DNA of 64,000 nt, from NCBI RefSeq assembly GCF_009914755.1, contig NC_060940.1, one strand, 5' to 3'. Position 1 is the stretch's first letter. Each line of letters opens with the position of its first letter. The notes under the pieces were generated by a model that did no database searches, was not told the origin of the DNA, and worked only from the letters and a program-made list of their open reading frames with translations. Position numbers and translations under genes: made by a program. Shown here one piece after another: positions 27,236 to 39,977 of the stretch. Source of the DNA: the human T2T-CHM13v2.0 reference genome, Homo sapiens.

Positions 27236-29309
27236 CTAGGAAATAACTGAAAAATGACATGAGAATACCTCACACCTGAACTGTACACTTCAACATTGTT
27301 AAGACGGCAATGGTCATGTTATAAATGTTTTATTATGAATATTTTACCACAGGTTAAAATGTTTAACAATTTGAAAAGGAAGTAATTATCTTCAGTTCTC
27401 TAAGTTCTAGAATTTGTAACATTTCACCCCCTGCTCCTTCCCGATCCGGAGCAGAGCATCTTATTCTTTCCCTGCTCTACTCAGGATTCACTTTCCCTTA
27501 TGTAACAAAAACATTGCAAATATTTTTTAAAATAATTACAAAACTTTACCTAGAAATCTGTAATTCAAATTAAAATGGAGATTAAAAATACAAACTCACA
27601 ATGGTCAGGAAGCCAAGATCTTTTTTTAAATATTTATAAATTTGCATTACACTATTTGTAATATGTCCAAAAATATGTCCACACTGTATGGAAGAATGGG
27701 AAAAATATAAGAAAAAAAGGCTTACGGTTATAGATGAAAATATTACATAAAGACATGTTTATATATACACAAAACTGAGAGAGGACAGCTGCTGTAATAA
27801 TAATACCTGGGTTATATTTCAACAAAATAAACACAGACTGTTGTTTAGCCCAAGTTTATAAAAACATTAACTTTTGAAAATTAATGTTCACTTTGCTGCT
27901 GAAACAGCTGCACTTCATGTCAGATTTTCAAAGTCCATAAAGATTTGCATAACATAGTCTTCCTGGAATTATAATTCAAACCGAGAGAATTGAAGTTAGT
28001 TAAAAACACAATACCAAGACACCAATAACAAGAGTTCCCCTTCATATTTTAGAGCATTGCACATAAAGAAAGCAATCAGTAGCAACCTTGGAAATCCATA
28101 TGGAAAGCAATAAAAACTTTCTGGGATGTATAGCCACTGCCACAAAAGGCACACATATTATTTTACAAACACTAGATTTATGAGTACTGGGGGAGAAAAT
28201 GAATACGAAATGTAATTCAGACCAACTGACATACCAAGACTCACTTTTGTGCAAACAAAACATCTCTAAAAAGCAGCCTCTGAGCTCTGCAGCACTTTCA
28301 TCTTCAGCCTCACAGTGGAGGTGAGTGCGGCCTGGGCTCCTGGGAAGGACACACTGTTTCTGAGTAGCCTCTGTCTGAAAGGGACCAGGAGCTCTGGGCA
28401 CAATGGTTAAAGATGTGGATCAAATGCACGAGAAGGACAAAGGCCATCTTTTCATTGACCAGGAAAACAACCCCCATCTTGGGCACTCTTGTCACATCTG
28501 ACAACTATCTGGATGCAGCTTATCAGTAGTGGGCTCCTACCTAGATTAGGTCCAAAGGGGCAAGGAAAGCTTAGGTTCTGACAGTCGACGGCCATGAGCA
28601 AGGGTGAAGGTGGAAAATGCAATGAGGAAAACTTATCCAAGTCTTCAAAGGTGAGGTAGGGAAAGAGAGTTTAACTGATCTATGAAAATGCAGCCAGGTA
28701 AGGAGAAAAAAATTCCAACAAAGATTATCAAGACATTTCCTTCTTCATAACCTCAAAAGAAACAACAAATTCTTCTTTGGTTGGAGGTACTCATGCGAGG
28801 TGATTCTGCCTTGATGCAGTGGTTGCTCCCCATCACTAGACTTTTCCAGATCCCTCTCTAAGAATCTGGTGCATGCCGGTCAGAACAAATACTCTCATCT
28901 CTATAAGGTGCCCTCTCCTGAGGGTAGTGGTGAGGCTTATAATGTGAGGGTGGAAACTTTCAAAGTAAAAACCTGTCATTTCTTTATGTTTGGACACTCA
29001 TAGGACTTTAAGACTCTTTCTGCTTTGGGTAAATCAATGATCTACACAAGACACATTTTACAAAACAAAGGTCAGTAGAGTTCTCATTCACATCCTGGTC
29101 ATGTCACTCCTAGTGACTCCCGCATTGCAAACATCCCAGCAGGATGCAACCCTTTCCTCTCCCATCTGATTGGCTTCTCAGGCTACCTTCACACCGATTG
29201 GACATAGACTCCCTGGAGGCAGCTCCCAAGAGGAGAACACATGGATGACTCCAAAGTTTCTAAACAAATCATCAAACCAGATGACACAAAACTCAAATGA
29301 CATTTCACT

Positions 29310-29590
29310 TTTTTGTTTTGTTTTGTTTGAGACAAGGTCTCACTCTGTCACCCAGGCTGGAGTGCAGTGGCACAATCTTGGCTCACTGCAGCCTCCACCT
29401 CCTGGGTCCAAGCGATCTGCCCACCTCAGCCTGGGACTACAGGCATGCCCCACCAGGCTAGACCAACTTTTTTTTTTTTTAATCTTTCATAGAGACGGGG
29501 TTTTGCTATGATGCTTAGGCTGGTCTTGAACTCCTGGACACAAGCGATCTGCCCACCTCGGCCCCCACAGTGTGTGAGGAGTACAGGCTG
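29310..29590 (-). mobile_element. Old Alu (AluJ-like)
   Basis: Diverged Alu motifs. Confidence 0.8.
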
Positions 29591-29659
29591 TGTAGTTTTA
29601 TGCCGCCTGACACTACCCAACAAAAAGGAAGAAACCCCATGGGTCCAGCATCTACTTAC

Positions 29660-29747
29660 ATGGGTGGGTTGATGGCTAGAAAACCCCTGCAGGAGGAGCC
29701 AAAACAGCAGCCACCACGCAGGTATGTCCTGGTCCTCTCAGGGCACC
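29660..29747 (-). pseudogene. NPIP-like signal-peptide exon with ATA at the start position
   Basis: Long pyrimidine tract, cag| acceptor, IPAWWLLFWLLLQGFSSHQPTH|gtaagt versus NPIPB15-type MRLRFWLLIWLLLGFISHQPTP. Confidence 0.8.
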
Positions 29748-30649
29748 CTGAGGTGGCCAGGACAGAGGTGGGAGTGGCTTAGGACTGGGGGAAGGAAGGG
29801 GATAGGGATGGGGGTGGGATTGCAGTTGAGGAGGGAGGGGGAGGGCAGGGAAAAGGAGGGAAGGGAAGGGAGGGCTGTTGGGCACCCAGAGCAGGAGGAA
29901 GACAAGGGGCTCTGGGAAAGGATCTGGTTCAAACTAAGTCCTCAAGCACCGGTGGGAGATTCAGCTACAGGTTAGAGAGAAAGGCGATCAGCTATCAGTG
30001 AAGCAGCAGGACACTTGGGGCAGGGGAGTGGGAGGCTCAGGAGCAGGACTCTGGTTTCCGCCAAACCTTCTCCTGTCTGGAAGCTGCCTTAGCAAATCCT
30101 GAGGCTTTATACTCCCTCTTCACAAATCCCCAGCCCGGTACTTGGTGCCTCACAGTGGACAATCCACAAGAAGCTCGTGTTCTTCCAAGGTCCCCTCCCC
30201 CCACCTGAACCCCCACCCCCAACCCAAGGACAAGTCCTCTCTGGAACCTTCGCAGACCTTCTGATTTCTGGGTGCCAGCCCACTCTGGCCCAGGGTAGGG
30301 TCCTGGGGGGCACACCTCTCTTTCTCTCTTGACTTCTAGATCTGCTAAGCGCCATGCAACACCGCCCTGTCTAAACATACCCACACAGGGTCCCAGGCTC
30401 AACCCTGTGCCCCTGTCCCCACAGTCACCAACCCTGGCCTCTCTGGCATCTCAGGGCCCAGGAACAGCCCTTCTGAAGGCCCTGGAAGGGGCACACACCC
30501 AGCCCTGGGTTTGGAACCTGGAACATATCCCCTTCCAAGAGAGCTCAGGAGGGCCAGGTCATGCCTGGGTCTGTTCTCTCCACTGCCTTAGGAGTGCCCT
30601 GTGGAGTGCCATCGCCGTGTGGTTGTCCTGTGGGCTGGGGTCTGGGACT

Positions 30650-31146
30650 GTGTGCATGTCTGGATGTGTTAATCTGCACGTATGCACCTGTGCGTCTGAG
30701 TATCTGTGAGTATGTCACCGTGTAGCTGTCTCTGGATAGCTCTGTTTTTCTCTATCTTTGTATGCATTTGTGTGTCTTTCTTCCTGAATGAGTGTGTGTT
30801 TGTTGTACAAATATGTGTGTTTGTGACTGTGTAATGTGTCTCTGGGCATGTATGCCCCTGTGAGAGTGTCTGTGTATGCCTGTGTTCTGTATCTGTGTGT
30901 GTTGTTTGGTGTGTGTGTGTATGTGTGTGTTGTGTGTGTGTGAATTCGCCTCTCCTTTGGGCATCCCTGATTGTGTCTCTATTTGTTTATGTTTCTCTTA
31001 ATGTCTGTGTTCTCTGTCTGTTTCCCTGCCTGTAGGTCTGTGACTGTGTGTGTGTGTGTGTGTGTGCATGCACGAGTGTCCATTGTGTGTGGGGTCTGCC
31101 CTGTGGGGCTGTGTCTCATGGCCTTGTGTATCTGTGGTCTCCTGGT

Positions 31147-31188
<42 letters not shown>

Positions 31189-31290
31189 GCCTGTCTGTGG
31201 GCCAAACTGCTGAGTGCCCAGGTGAAGCTGGGGCGGTTCTGTGCCTTTGTGTCTCTGTGCTTGTGGTGTCTATTTATTTACCTGTGAGTT
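30650..31290. repeat. Degenerate (TG)n-rich region with pure TG arrays
   Basis: Seen directly. Other TG/CA arrays lie at 2351-2383, 10925-11038 and 53455-53495. Confidence 0.9.
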
Positions 31291-32200
31291 CCTGGGTTTG
31301 TACACCTAAGAAATTGGCAGTCACAGAGGGCCCTCTGTGGGTGAGAAGGGGACAATATGTGCTCCTCTCATTCCCAGGCTAGGCCCTTTCTGCCCCTGCT
31401 CTTCTGAGCCTCTGTTGGCCCCCTGGTAGTTCCCTCTTAGGCCCCAAGGAGGGATGGAGAAAAGGGTCAGGTTACAGAATTCCAGGCCAAGGATGTGAGG
31501 AGGGCTCCAGATGCCTGGACAGGGTTACATTCAAAGAAGGAAAATTGTCTGTGGTCAAGGAATTCTGGACTACAGGGACCCTAGGCCCTGGGAGGGTGAA
31601 TGAGTGGGGTCCTCTGGCAAGGGCTGGGGGACAGAGTTCCTGGGTCACTTGGAAGATCTGATATGTAGGGTCCTACAGGGGAAAGCTGGAGGCAGGGCTC
31701 CTAGGCCCATGGCAGGGCTGCAGGAGTCCTGGGTCCCTAGAGGTTGGGGCTCTCACTCACACACACCATAGGTTGGGATGCATGTGCACATGGGCATTAT
31801 TGGGGGACACAAAGGCAGAAGCCCATTGGGCGGAAGATCATTGAGTGGAAGACCACTGGGTGGAAGCCCATTGGGTGGGGTGGCAGAGGTGGTCTGGCAG
31901 GCAAATGTAGTCCCCAAACCAAGGCTGACCACCCTGGACATCCGTCCTGCCCTGGCCTTGCTGGGGCCTCATCCAGACCATGGGCAGGTGCCTGGAGCCA
32001 CATGGGGCATCCCTCCTGTACCCCTGTGTCCTGGCTATTGAAGGGTGCTTAGGTAACCCTGAGATGCTGGTGCCAGGAGGGAGAATCTGGTCCCAAGTTA
32101 TCTCAGGTTAGAGATTAGGGAGAATTACAGAGGGAGGGCATTTAACATAGGTTAATTCCCTGAATAAATGCTCAACACAGGGTATTGTTGATATCAGTAT

Positions 32201-32206
32201 TTTATT
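32201..32206 (-). terminator. ACSM1: Likely ACSM1 polyadenylation signal AATAAA
   Basis: tttatt on the plus strand about 230 nt after the stop; an ATTAAA variant lies at 32278-32283. Confidence 0.65.
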
Positions 32207-32435
32207 ACTTGCGTTATGAGTGCTCACCTGGGAAATTCTAAAGATACAGAGGACTTGGAGGAAGCAGAGCAACTGAATTTAATTTAAAAGAAGGAAAACA
32301 TTGGAATCATGGCACTCCTGATACTTTCCCAAATCAACACTCTCAATGCCCCACCCTCGTCCTCACCATAGTGGGGAGACTAAAGTGGCCAGGGATTTGC
32401 CTTAGGTGTGCAGTGCGTTCTGAGTTCACTGCCGA

Positions 32436-32522
32436 TTACATCTGACCAGTCTCCTTTTTCCGAAGTTCCTTCCGTTCAATCTTGCCAGTGATGGTTTTTG
32501 GCAGCTCTGAGACAAACTCCAC
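32436..32522 (-). CDS. ACSM1: ACSM1 last coding exon
   Basis: cag|[28 protein letters not shown]; contains the catalytic-lysine motif LPKTxTGK. Confidence 0.95.
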   Translation of the reverse strand: MEFVSELPKTITGKIERKELRKKETGQM

Positions 32523-33045
32523 CTGGTTGAGGATAAAGCAAATCCACAGTGATTGAGTCCTGCTGCCATTTCCTAACAATTCTCCACTCTCCTCCTCTGC
32601 CCCTCCACAGTCTCCCATGCAGGCTGACACCATATGGTGGCCTTAATGGAGTCCCCAAGTATTTCAGGTTCTCCCCCTGGCCCCTAGAAGGTGGATGTAC
32701 CCATGGGATTTGCTTTGACCCAGGAGATGTGAGTGGAAGTGAAGCATGTAACCTTGAGGCAAAAGAGTTGGGAGCCATTGAGACTGACCACCCTCTCCTT
32801 CATCTCTTAGAGCAGCTGACAGGTCCCATATGGAGGCTGCTCCTTTATTCTGGTGGCAGAATGAGGAGATGTGGAGGGCAGGGCCAAGGAGAGCCATGGA
32901 GGACATGAGGCATGAGCAGAAAAAGAGCCTTCAGTGTTGTAAACCTCCATTGTTTGGGGCTGTTTGTTACCTCCAGTGATACCTAGCCCGTCCTAGCAGG
33001 GAACGCTTCAGGGCCACCAGATCCCTTCCATCTGCCCTCACTCAC

Positions 33046-33165
33046 CTTCCTTGGGTACTTGTATGGGGCTGTCACTGACTTGACATGCTGCTGCAGTTCC
33101 TTGGTCAGCTGATCCTTGTCATGGGACAGGAACTGTGGGGTCAGGACAATAAAGGCCTTCACCAC
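33046..33165 (-). CDS. ACSM1: ACSM1 exon 13
   Basis: [40 protein letters not shown], 120 nt, cag|...|gtgagt. Confidence 0.95.
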
Positions 33166-33633
33166 CTGCAGAATGAAGTCATGGGCTCACAGTGAGTGCC
33201 AACCTACTCCATAGCTTAAAAAGTCAATGTTTATTGAATGAGTGGTAAAACAAGGTGACACTGAACCCTACAGTGTTTTGGAAAAGGAGAGGACCAGGTG
33301 TAAATCCCTGTGTTTCCAATTCCCACTCCATGCCTTGAAAAGTTATTTGACCTCTCCTTAACCTCAGTTTTCTTTTCTGTGAAATGGGGACAATAAAGCT
33401 TCCATTCTTCATTTGGTTTCTTTAAAGCTTCCATGAGATAATACATATAAAACATCCAGCTAGTTTACTTTTATTATTACTCCCGTCATCAATATTTTCA
33501 TCATCATTTTTACTGTTATTATATATGTAATTCAGTGCCAGAAACCCAATGGGCATTCCATAATTACTGGCAATTTATTATTTTTAGATTAGCAATGTTA
33601 TCCAAGTTTTATTGCACAAGGTCTCACATATAG

Positions 33634-34052
<419 letters not shown>

Positions 34053-34372
34053 TAGCTGGGTGATGTGGAGAGGTTACTTAACCTCCTCCTGCTTCTCTTT
34101 CCTCATCTATAAAAAGCATAAGTGTTCTTAGATTACTACATTGTGTGAGAGTTAAGTGATTTGGCATATATAAGTGCTCATTACATAGTATCTAGCATCC
34201 TTTTATTCAGAGCCACAGAGAGTCCACACTGTCCCCTGGTGCCATACCGTGTAAACGCACATGCACACTATGCCCTTCCACCAAGGCTGCACAGGTAAAG
34301 CCTGGATGTTTCCCCTGCACCTGCTTTCCTAGTGCCCACGCACAGACATGATGATCTCTGTGTTCTCCTCAC

Positions 34373-34472
34373 CTCCCCTCGAATCGGGTCTGGGCTGCCC
34401 ACCACGGCTGACTCCGCCACCGCTGGGTGCTCCACCAAAGCGCTTTCAACCTCTGCAGGCCCGATGCGATAC
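34373..34472 (-). CDS. ACSM1: ACSM1 exon 12
   Basis: [33 protein letters not shown], 100 nt, AG/GT. Confidence 0.95.
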
Positions 34473-35052
34473 CTGGAGGATGAAGGGTTCTGAGGCAGAT
34501 GCCAGGGCTGGGGTGAACCAAGTCCCCAGATCTCCTGCTTTGGAGTCACAGCTTCCTTTGGCACAGAGGGTGGAGGTCATAGGAAGCCAGGGACCCCTGA
34601 CTTGTCTGTGTCATGGGCCCAAAGTGTAAAGACCTGGACATTATAGGCTGAGAAATACAAGACTGCGGTGCTCCCGGCTTCTTGCCTCACTGCCTGTACT
34701 GATGGAGGACGGCTAATGTTTTGTCTCCTCAGAGCTTGGCCCAAGCAGCTTCCCCCAACACGAAATCTCTTGGAAGCCTCAAACTTGGTCTTAAACATTC
34801 ATGCAAATTCTGCATACTATTTCCCATTGTATCAGCAGGATTTTCGGCTTTTATTATATATACTTAAGGCTTACAACATGATGTTTTGATGTACATATAC
34901 ATAGTAACGCGATTAAAACACTCAAGCACACTAGCATATCCATCGTCTCACATAATTGCCTTTTTTTTCTTTTGTGGTAAGAACATAAAATCTACTCTTT
35001 GTGCAAATTTCCAGTACATCATGTTTTAGAAATTTAAAATAAAATCCCATCC

Positions 35053-35340
35053 AGGCTGGGCATGGTGGCTCACACCTGTAATTTTAGCACTGTGGGAGGC
35101 TGAAACAGGGGGATCAATGGAGGTCAGGAGTTCAAGACCAGGCTGGCCAAGATGGTGAAACCCCATCTCTACTAAAAGTATAAAAATTAGCTGGACATGC
35201 TCACTTGAAGCCAGGAAGCAGAGCTTGCAGTGAACCAAGATCAGGCCACTGCACTCCAGCCTGGGTGACAGTGGGAGACTCTGTCTCAGAAAAATAAAAT
35301 AAAATAAAATAAAATAAAAAATAAAATAAAAAAATAAAAA
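35053..35340 (+). mobile_element. Alu, internally deleted
   Basis: Alu motifs with (AAAAT)n tail. Confidence 0.85.
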
Positions 35341-36138
35341 TGCCATCAATTTCTCTAAAATATCCAAGGGAAATTGTTACTGTAGTGTAATGCGCCTTTT
35401 TAAAAATCATGTAGGGGTAGGGACAGGGACTCAGAGCCAGACTACCTCAGTTCAAATCTGGATTGCATCCTGTGCTATCTTTGAATCTTTAGGCAAATTT
35501 CCTTGCCGGTCAGTGACCCACTTTCCTCGTTAGTAAAATAGGGATAATAATCACATCTCCCATCCAGCTTTGAGAGGTGGGTTATATAAAGCATTAAGGA
35601 CAGTGTTTTCACATAGTAAGTACTCCAGGTTAGCTAAATAGTTACAGTAAATAATATATTTATACTAATAAATAATTTTATAATAATAGATTTATTATGC
35701 TCATAGATGTATAACAAATATATTCATAATAATAAAAATAAACAATAGCTAAAGGTTAGCTATTATTATTACTATGTTTGTCCTGTGACATTTGGTGCTG
35801 CATTAGAGGGGCACAAACATGAAATAGGCTCCCTGAACCTATGGAGACCAAGACAGAGTCTCCCTTCTCAATTCCACTCCCCCCACCCCACTGTAAATTG
35901 CACAGTGTCTTATTATGGCTCCTCTTCCAGACCCTCTTGAATTTCATTTTGCTTGATTCTTCTGCGTGCAGAGAAGGTTCGGGAGGTATACTGAAGCCTG
36001 GAATCAGGGCACCATAGACACGGCTCTATTCAGATTTAGGCTGAAATTTCACCAATGCGTGAAAAAATGTCTAGGTAAGCAAAATTCCGTGAGGCATGTG
36101 ACGGCAACAACAGCCAGCCCAGCATCAGCCACACCTAC

Positions 36139-36266
36139 CCAGAGGCATTAATGATGTCATCACTCCTCCCCAGGAAACAAATGTAGCCCTCTTCATCCAT
36201 CTTACCTCTGTCCCCAGTGTTGTAGAAGTCCCCACATTCCACTTTAGCTGTCTTCTCTGGGTCACC
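36139..36266 (-). CDS. ACSM1: ACSM1 exon 11
   Basis: [43 protein letters not shown] (TGD and GRxDD motifs), 128 nt. Confidence 0.95.
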
Positions 36267-36498
36267 CTGCAAAAAGAAGAGAGCTCCTTTGTTGAAGGCA
36301 GTGAATTTAGAGGTGATGAGCCACAACCTTGGGTTCCAATCTGGGTTTGAATTCTGCCTCTGTTTCTACTCGGTACCTGGGCAAGTTTTGCCATTTCTGA
36401 GTCTATTTTCATTACATGTAGCGCATGATGCATGCGACTGCTCTATGAGTGGTTGTGATTAAACCAATTTCAATGACAATGTTTAAAAATATCAATTC

Positions 36499-36850
<352 letters not shown>

Positions 36851-38636
36851 TTTTGTGTGACACTACACTAGAATGAAATTTCCATTATGGTGTGAACCTT
36901 GCTTACTGCTATAAGCTCAGCATTCACATAGAGCCTGGACAGATGAGAGGGGTCAATAAACATTTGCTGAGGGAATTTTCTTCCCTAAATACTATCTCAT
37001 TTCATCCTCACAGAAAGCCTATGAGTCTAGTATGTTTTTAAGTTAACTTTTCATTTTAAGACAAATGTGGATGGCATGTAGTTATAAAAAATAATGTGGA
37101 TCGATGCCCTGTACTCTTCACTAGTTTTCCACAGTGGTACCATCTTGCAAAACCATATGATCAGTATCTTAGGCAGAATACTGACCTTGATACAATCCAC
37201 CAGTCTTCAGATGTCCCATTTCACTTGTGTGTCTGTGTATTTAGTTGTATGCAGTTTTATCACATATGTAGGTTTGTGCATTCCCCACCTCATCAGGAAG
37301 ATCTCTGATGGTGCTCTTTTATAACCACACCCACCTCCCTCTCATTTCCTCTTCCTCTCCTCTCACCTTCCCTGACCCCTTGCTAACAACTAATTTGTTC
37401 TCTATTTTTATAATTTTGCTGTTTCAAGAATGTTATATAAATAGAATCATACAGCATATAACTGTTTGGGACTGTTTTTTTTTTTCTCAGCATAATCCCC
37501 CAGAGATTCATCCAAGTTGCATGCACAAACGGTTTGATCCTTTTTGTTGCTGAACAGTATTCCATGTTATGGATGTAGCTGAGTTTTTGTTTAACCATTT
37601 ACCTGTTGAAAGCCATCTGGATTGTTGTCTTCAGGTTTTGACTATTTAGAGTAAAGCTGCTATGTACATTTGCATACATGTTTTTGTGTGAAGTTGGCAC
37701 TTTTTTTGTCGCCCATTTTAAATAAGAAAAAAACCTAAGCTTGAGGGAGGCACATTTGCTTGCTCAGAGTCACTCAGCTGCTCACTGAGAGGGTTGATAT
37801 TTGAATTTAATTCTTGCTTCATGACCGATTCACTTGACCCCTAAGCAATAGCTCTTGTGGAACATGAAATGGTTTTAAGAGCTACCCGAAAAAAACATTT
37901 TAAAAACATCAAATTACATCCCTTTTTGGATTCACTTCTGATTGTTCTGAGTATATCAAGTTGATTCTTAGTTTAGTGCTGATATGCTTTGAACTCTCTG
38001 GAAGTCTCAAGAGGAAGACATGCTTCAGGATCAGAGCTTCCAATGAGAATAGGATTTAGGGAGACTATGAGAAAATTGTTTTTTTTAAGCCTATAGTTAT
38101 GGTTATAAATGCCTTCTGTTTATGGCAAGTAATACTGTTTTCCACTCATGATATTAGATCAATGTGAGTGCCTTTATGGACTGAGTTGAGAGGTACAAGA
38201 TGACATCAACAACATAAATGGAAGATGGAACCATACAGGAGTACAGTTTTTTTTTATACAATTGAAGTTAAGTAGGTATTAATTCAAATTAGATTGTTAC
38301 AACCTTAGGATGTTGTATGTAATATAGTAATCATAAAGAAAATATCTGTAGAATATAAACAAAAGAAAATCAGAAGGGAAAAAATGTGTCACTACAAAAA
38401 GGAAACTAAACGTAAAAGAAGGCAGTTATAAAGGAAATGAGGGCCAGAAAATATTAAGCCACACAGAAGACAAATAGCAAAATGGTAGAAGTCCTTCCTT
38501 ATCAGTAATTACTTTAAATGTAGGTGGAGTAAGCTTTCCAATCCAAAGGAAGGAATTGGCTAAGTGGATAATAAAACACGATCCAAATATACACTATCTA
38601 CAAGAGATTCATTTTAGATTTAAAGACACGAATTCC

Positions 38637-39310
38637 ACTGGGCGTGGTGGCTCACAACTGTAATCCCAGCATTTTTGGAGGCTGAGGCGGGTGGATCATG
38701 AGGTCAGGAGATGGAGACCATCCTGGCCAACATGGTGAAACCCCGTCTCTGCTAAAAATACAAAAATTAGCTGGGTGTGGTGGTGTGTGCCTGTAATCCC
38801 AGCTACTGGGGAGGCTGAGGCAAGAGAATCACTTGAACCAGGAAGTCAGATATTGCAGTGAGCTGAAATCGCACCACTGCACTGCAGCCTGGAAACAGAG
38901 GGAGACTCCAACTCAAAAAAAAAAAAAAAAAGACACAAATATGTTGAAAGTTAAAGGATGGATAAAAATATATTCCCTGTGAATTGTAACCAAAAGAGAG
39001 CTTGGGTTGTGGGTTGTTATACTAATATCCGACAGAAAAAACTTGTTTTTTTTTTTTTTTGAGTCAGAGTTTCGCTCTTGTTGCCCAGGCTGGAGTGCAA
39101 TGGCACGATCTCAGCTCACCACAACCTCCGCCTCCAGTAGCTGGGATTACAGGCGCATACCACCGTGCCCGGCTAATCTTTTTTATTTTTAGTAGAGATG
39201 GGGTTTCTCCATGTTTATCAGGCTGGTCTCAAACTCCTGACCTCAAGTGATCCACCTGCCTCGGCCTCCCAAACTGCTGGGATTACAGGCGTGAGCCACG
39301 ATGCCCGGTC
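38637..39310. mobile_element. Two Alus in opposite, tail-to-tail orientation (38637-38931 plus; 39047-39310 minus)
   Basis: Alu motifs and A/T tails about 115 bp apart. Confidence 0.85.
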
Positions 39311-39977
39311 AAAATAAAGTTTAAGTTAAAAATAATTGCAAAAGATAAAAAATGATATTGTCTATTAATAGAAGGGTCAATTCACCAAGAAGATATAATA
39401 ATCATAAACATATAAGCAATAAACCTCAGAGCCCCAAAATACATGAAGCAAACATTGTCAGAATTTAAGGAAGAACTGTACAGTTCTACAGCAATAGTTG
39501 GAGAATTTAATATACCACTTTCAATAACGAGTAGAAAAACCAGAGAGAAGATCAATAAGAAAATGGAGGACTCGAACACCACCACAAATTAACTGGATCT
39601 AGCAGACATATACAGGAAACTCCATCCAACGGCAGAAGAACACACATTTTTCTCAAGTGCACATGGAACATTCTCAAGGATGGACCATATATTAGGCCAG
39701 AAGAGAAGTATTAATTAACTTTAAAAGACAGAAATTATACAAAGCATCTTATCAAGTCACATGAAAGGAATTAACAGAAGGAAAACTTTTAAAAAATCAC
39801 AAATTTTCCCAATCTTTGCAAAATTAAACAACATACTCTTAACTAACCAATGAATCAAAGAAGAAGTCACGAGGAAATTTAGAAATTATCTTGAGACAAA
39901 TGAAATAAAAAACACAGCATATTAAAACTTATAGATTGCAGCAAACACAGTGCTAAAAAGGTAATTTACACACATAC

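Larger units (their letters stand above)
24830..29747 (-). pseudogene. Decayed NPIP/morpheus-like multi-exon gene
   Basis: Ordered exons with NPIP-like peptides and chained intron phases, several in-frame stops and dead splice sites. Confidence 0.8.

Noticed and set aside
28920-29300. Search for an NPIPA-type MFCCLGYEW first exon
   Set aside because: I found no convincing match by eye.
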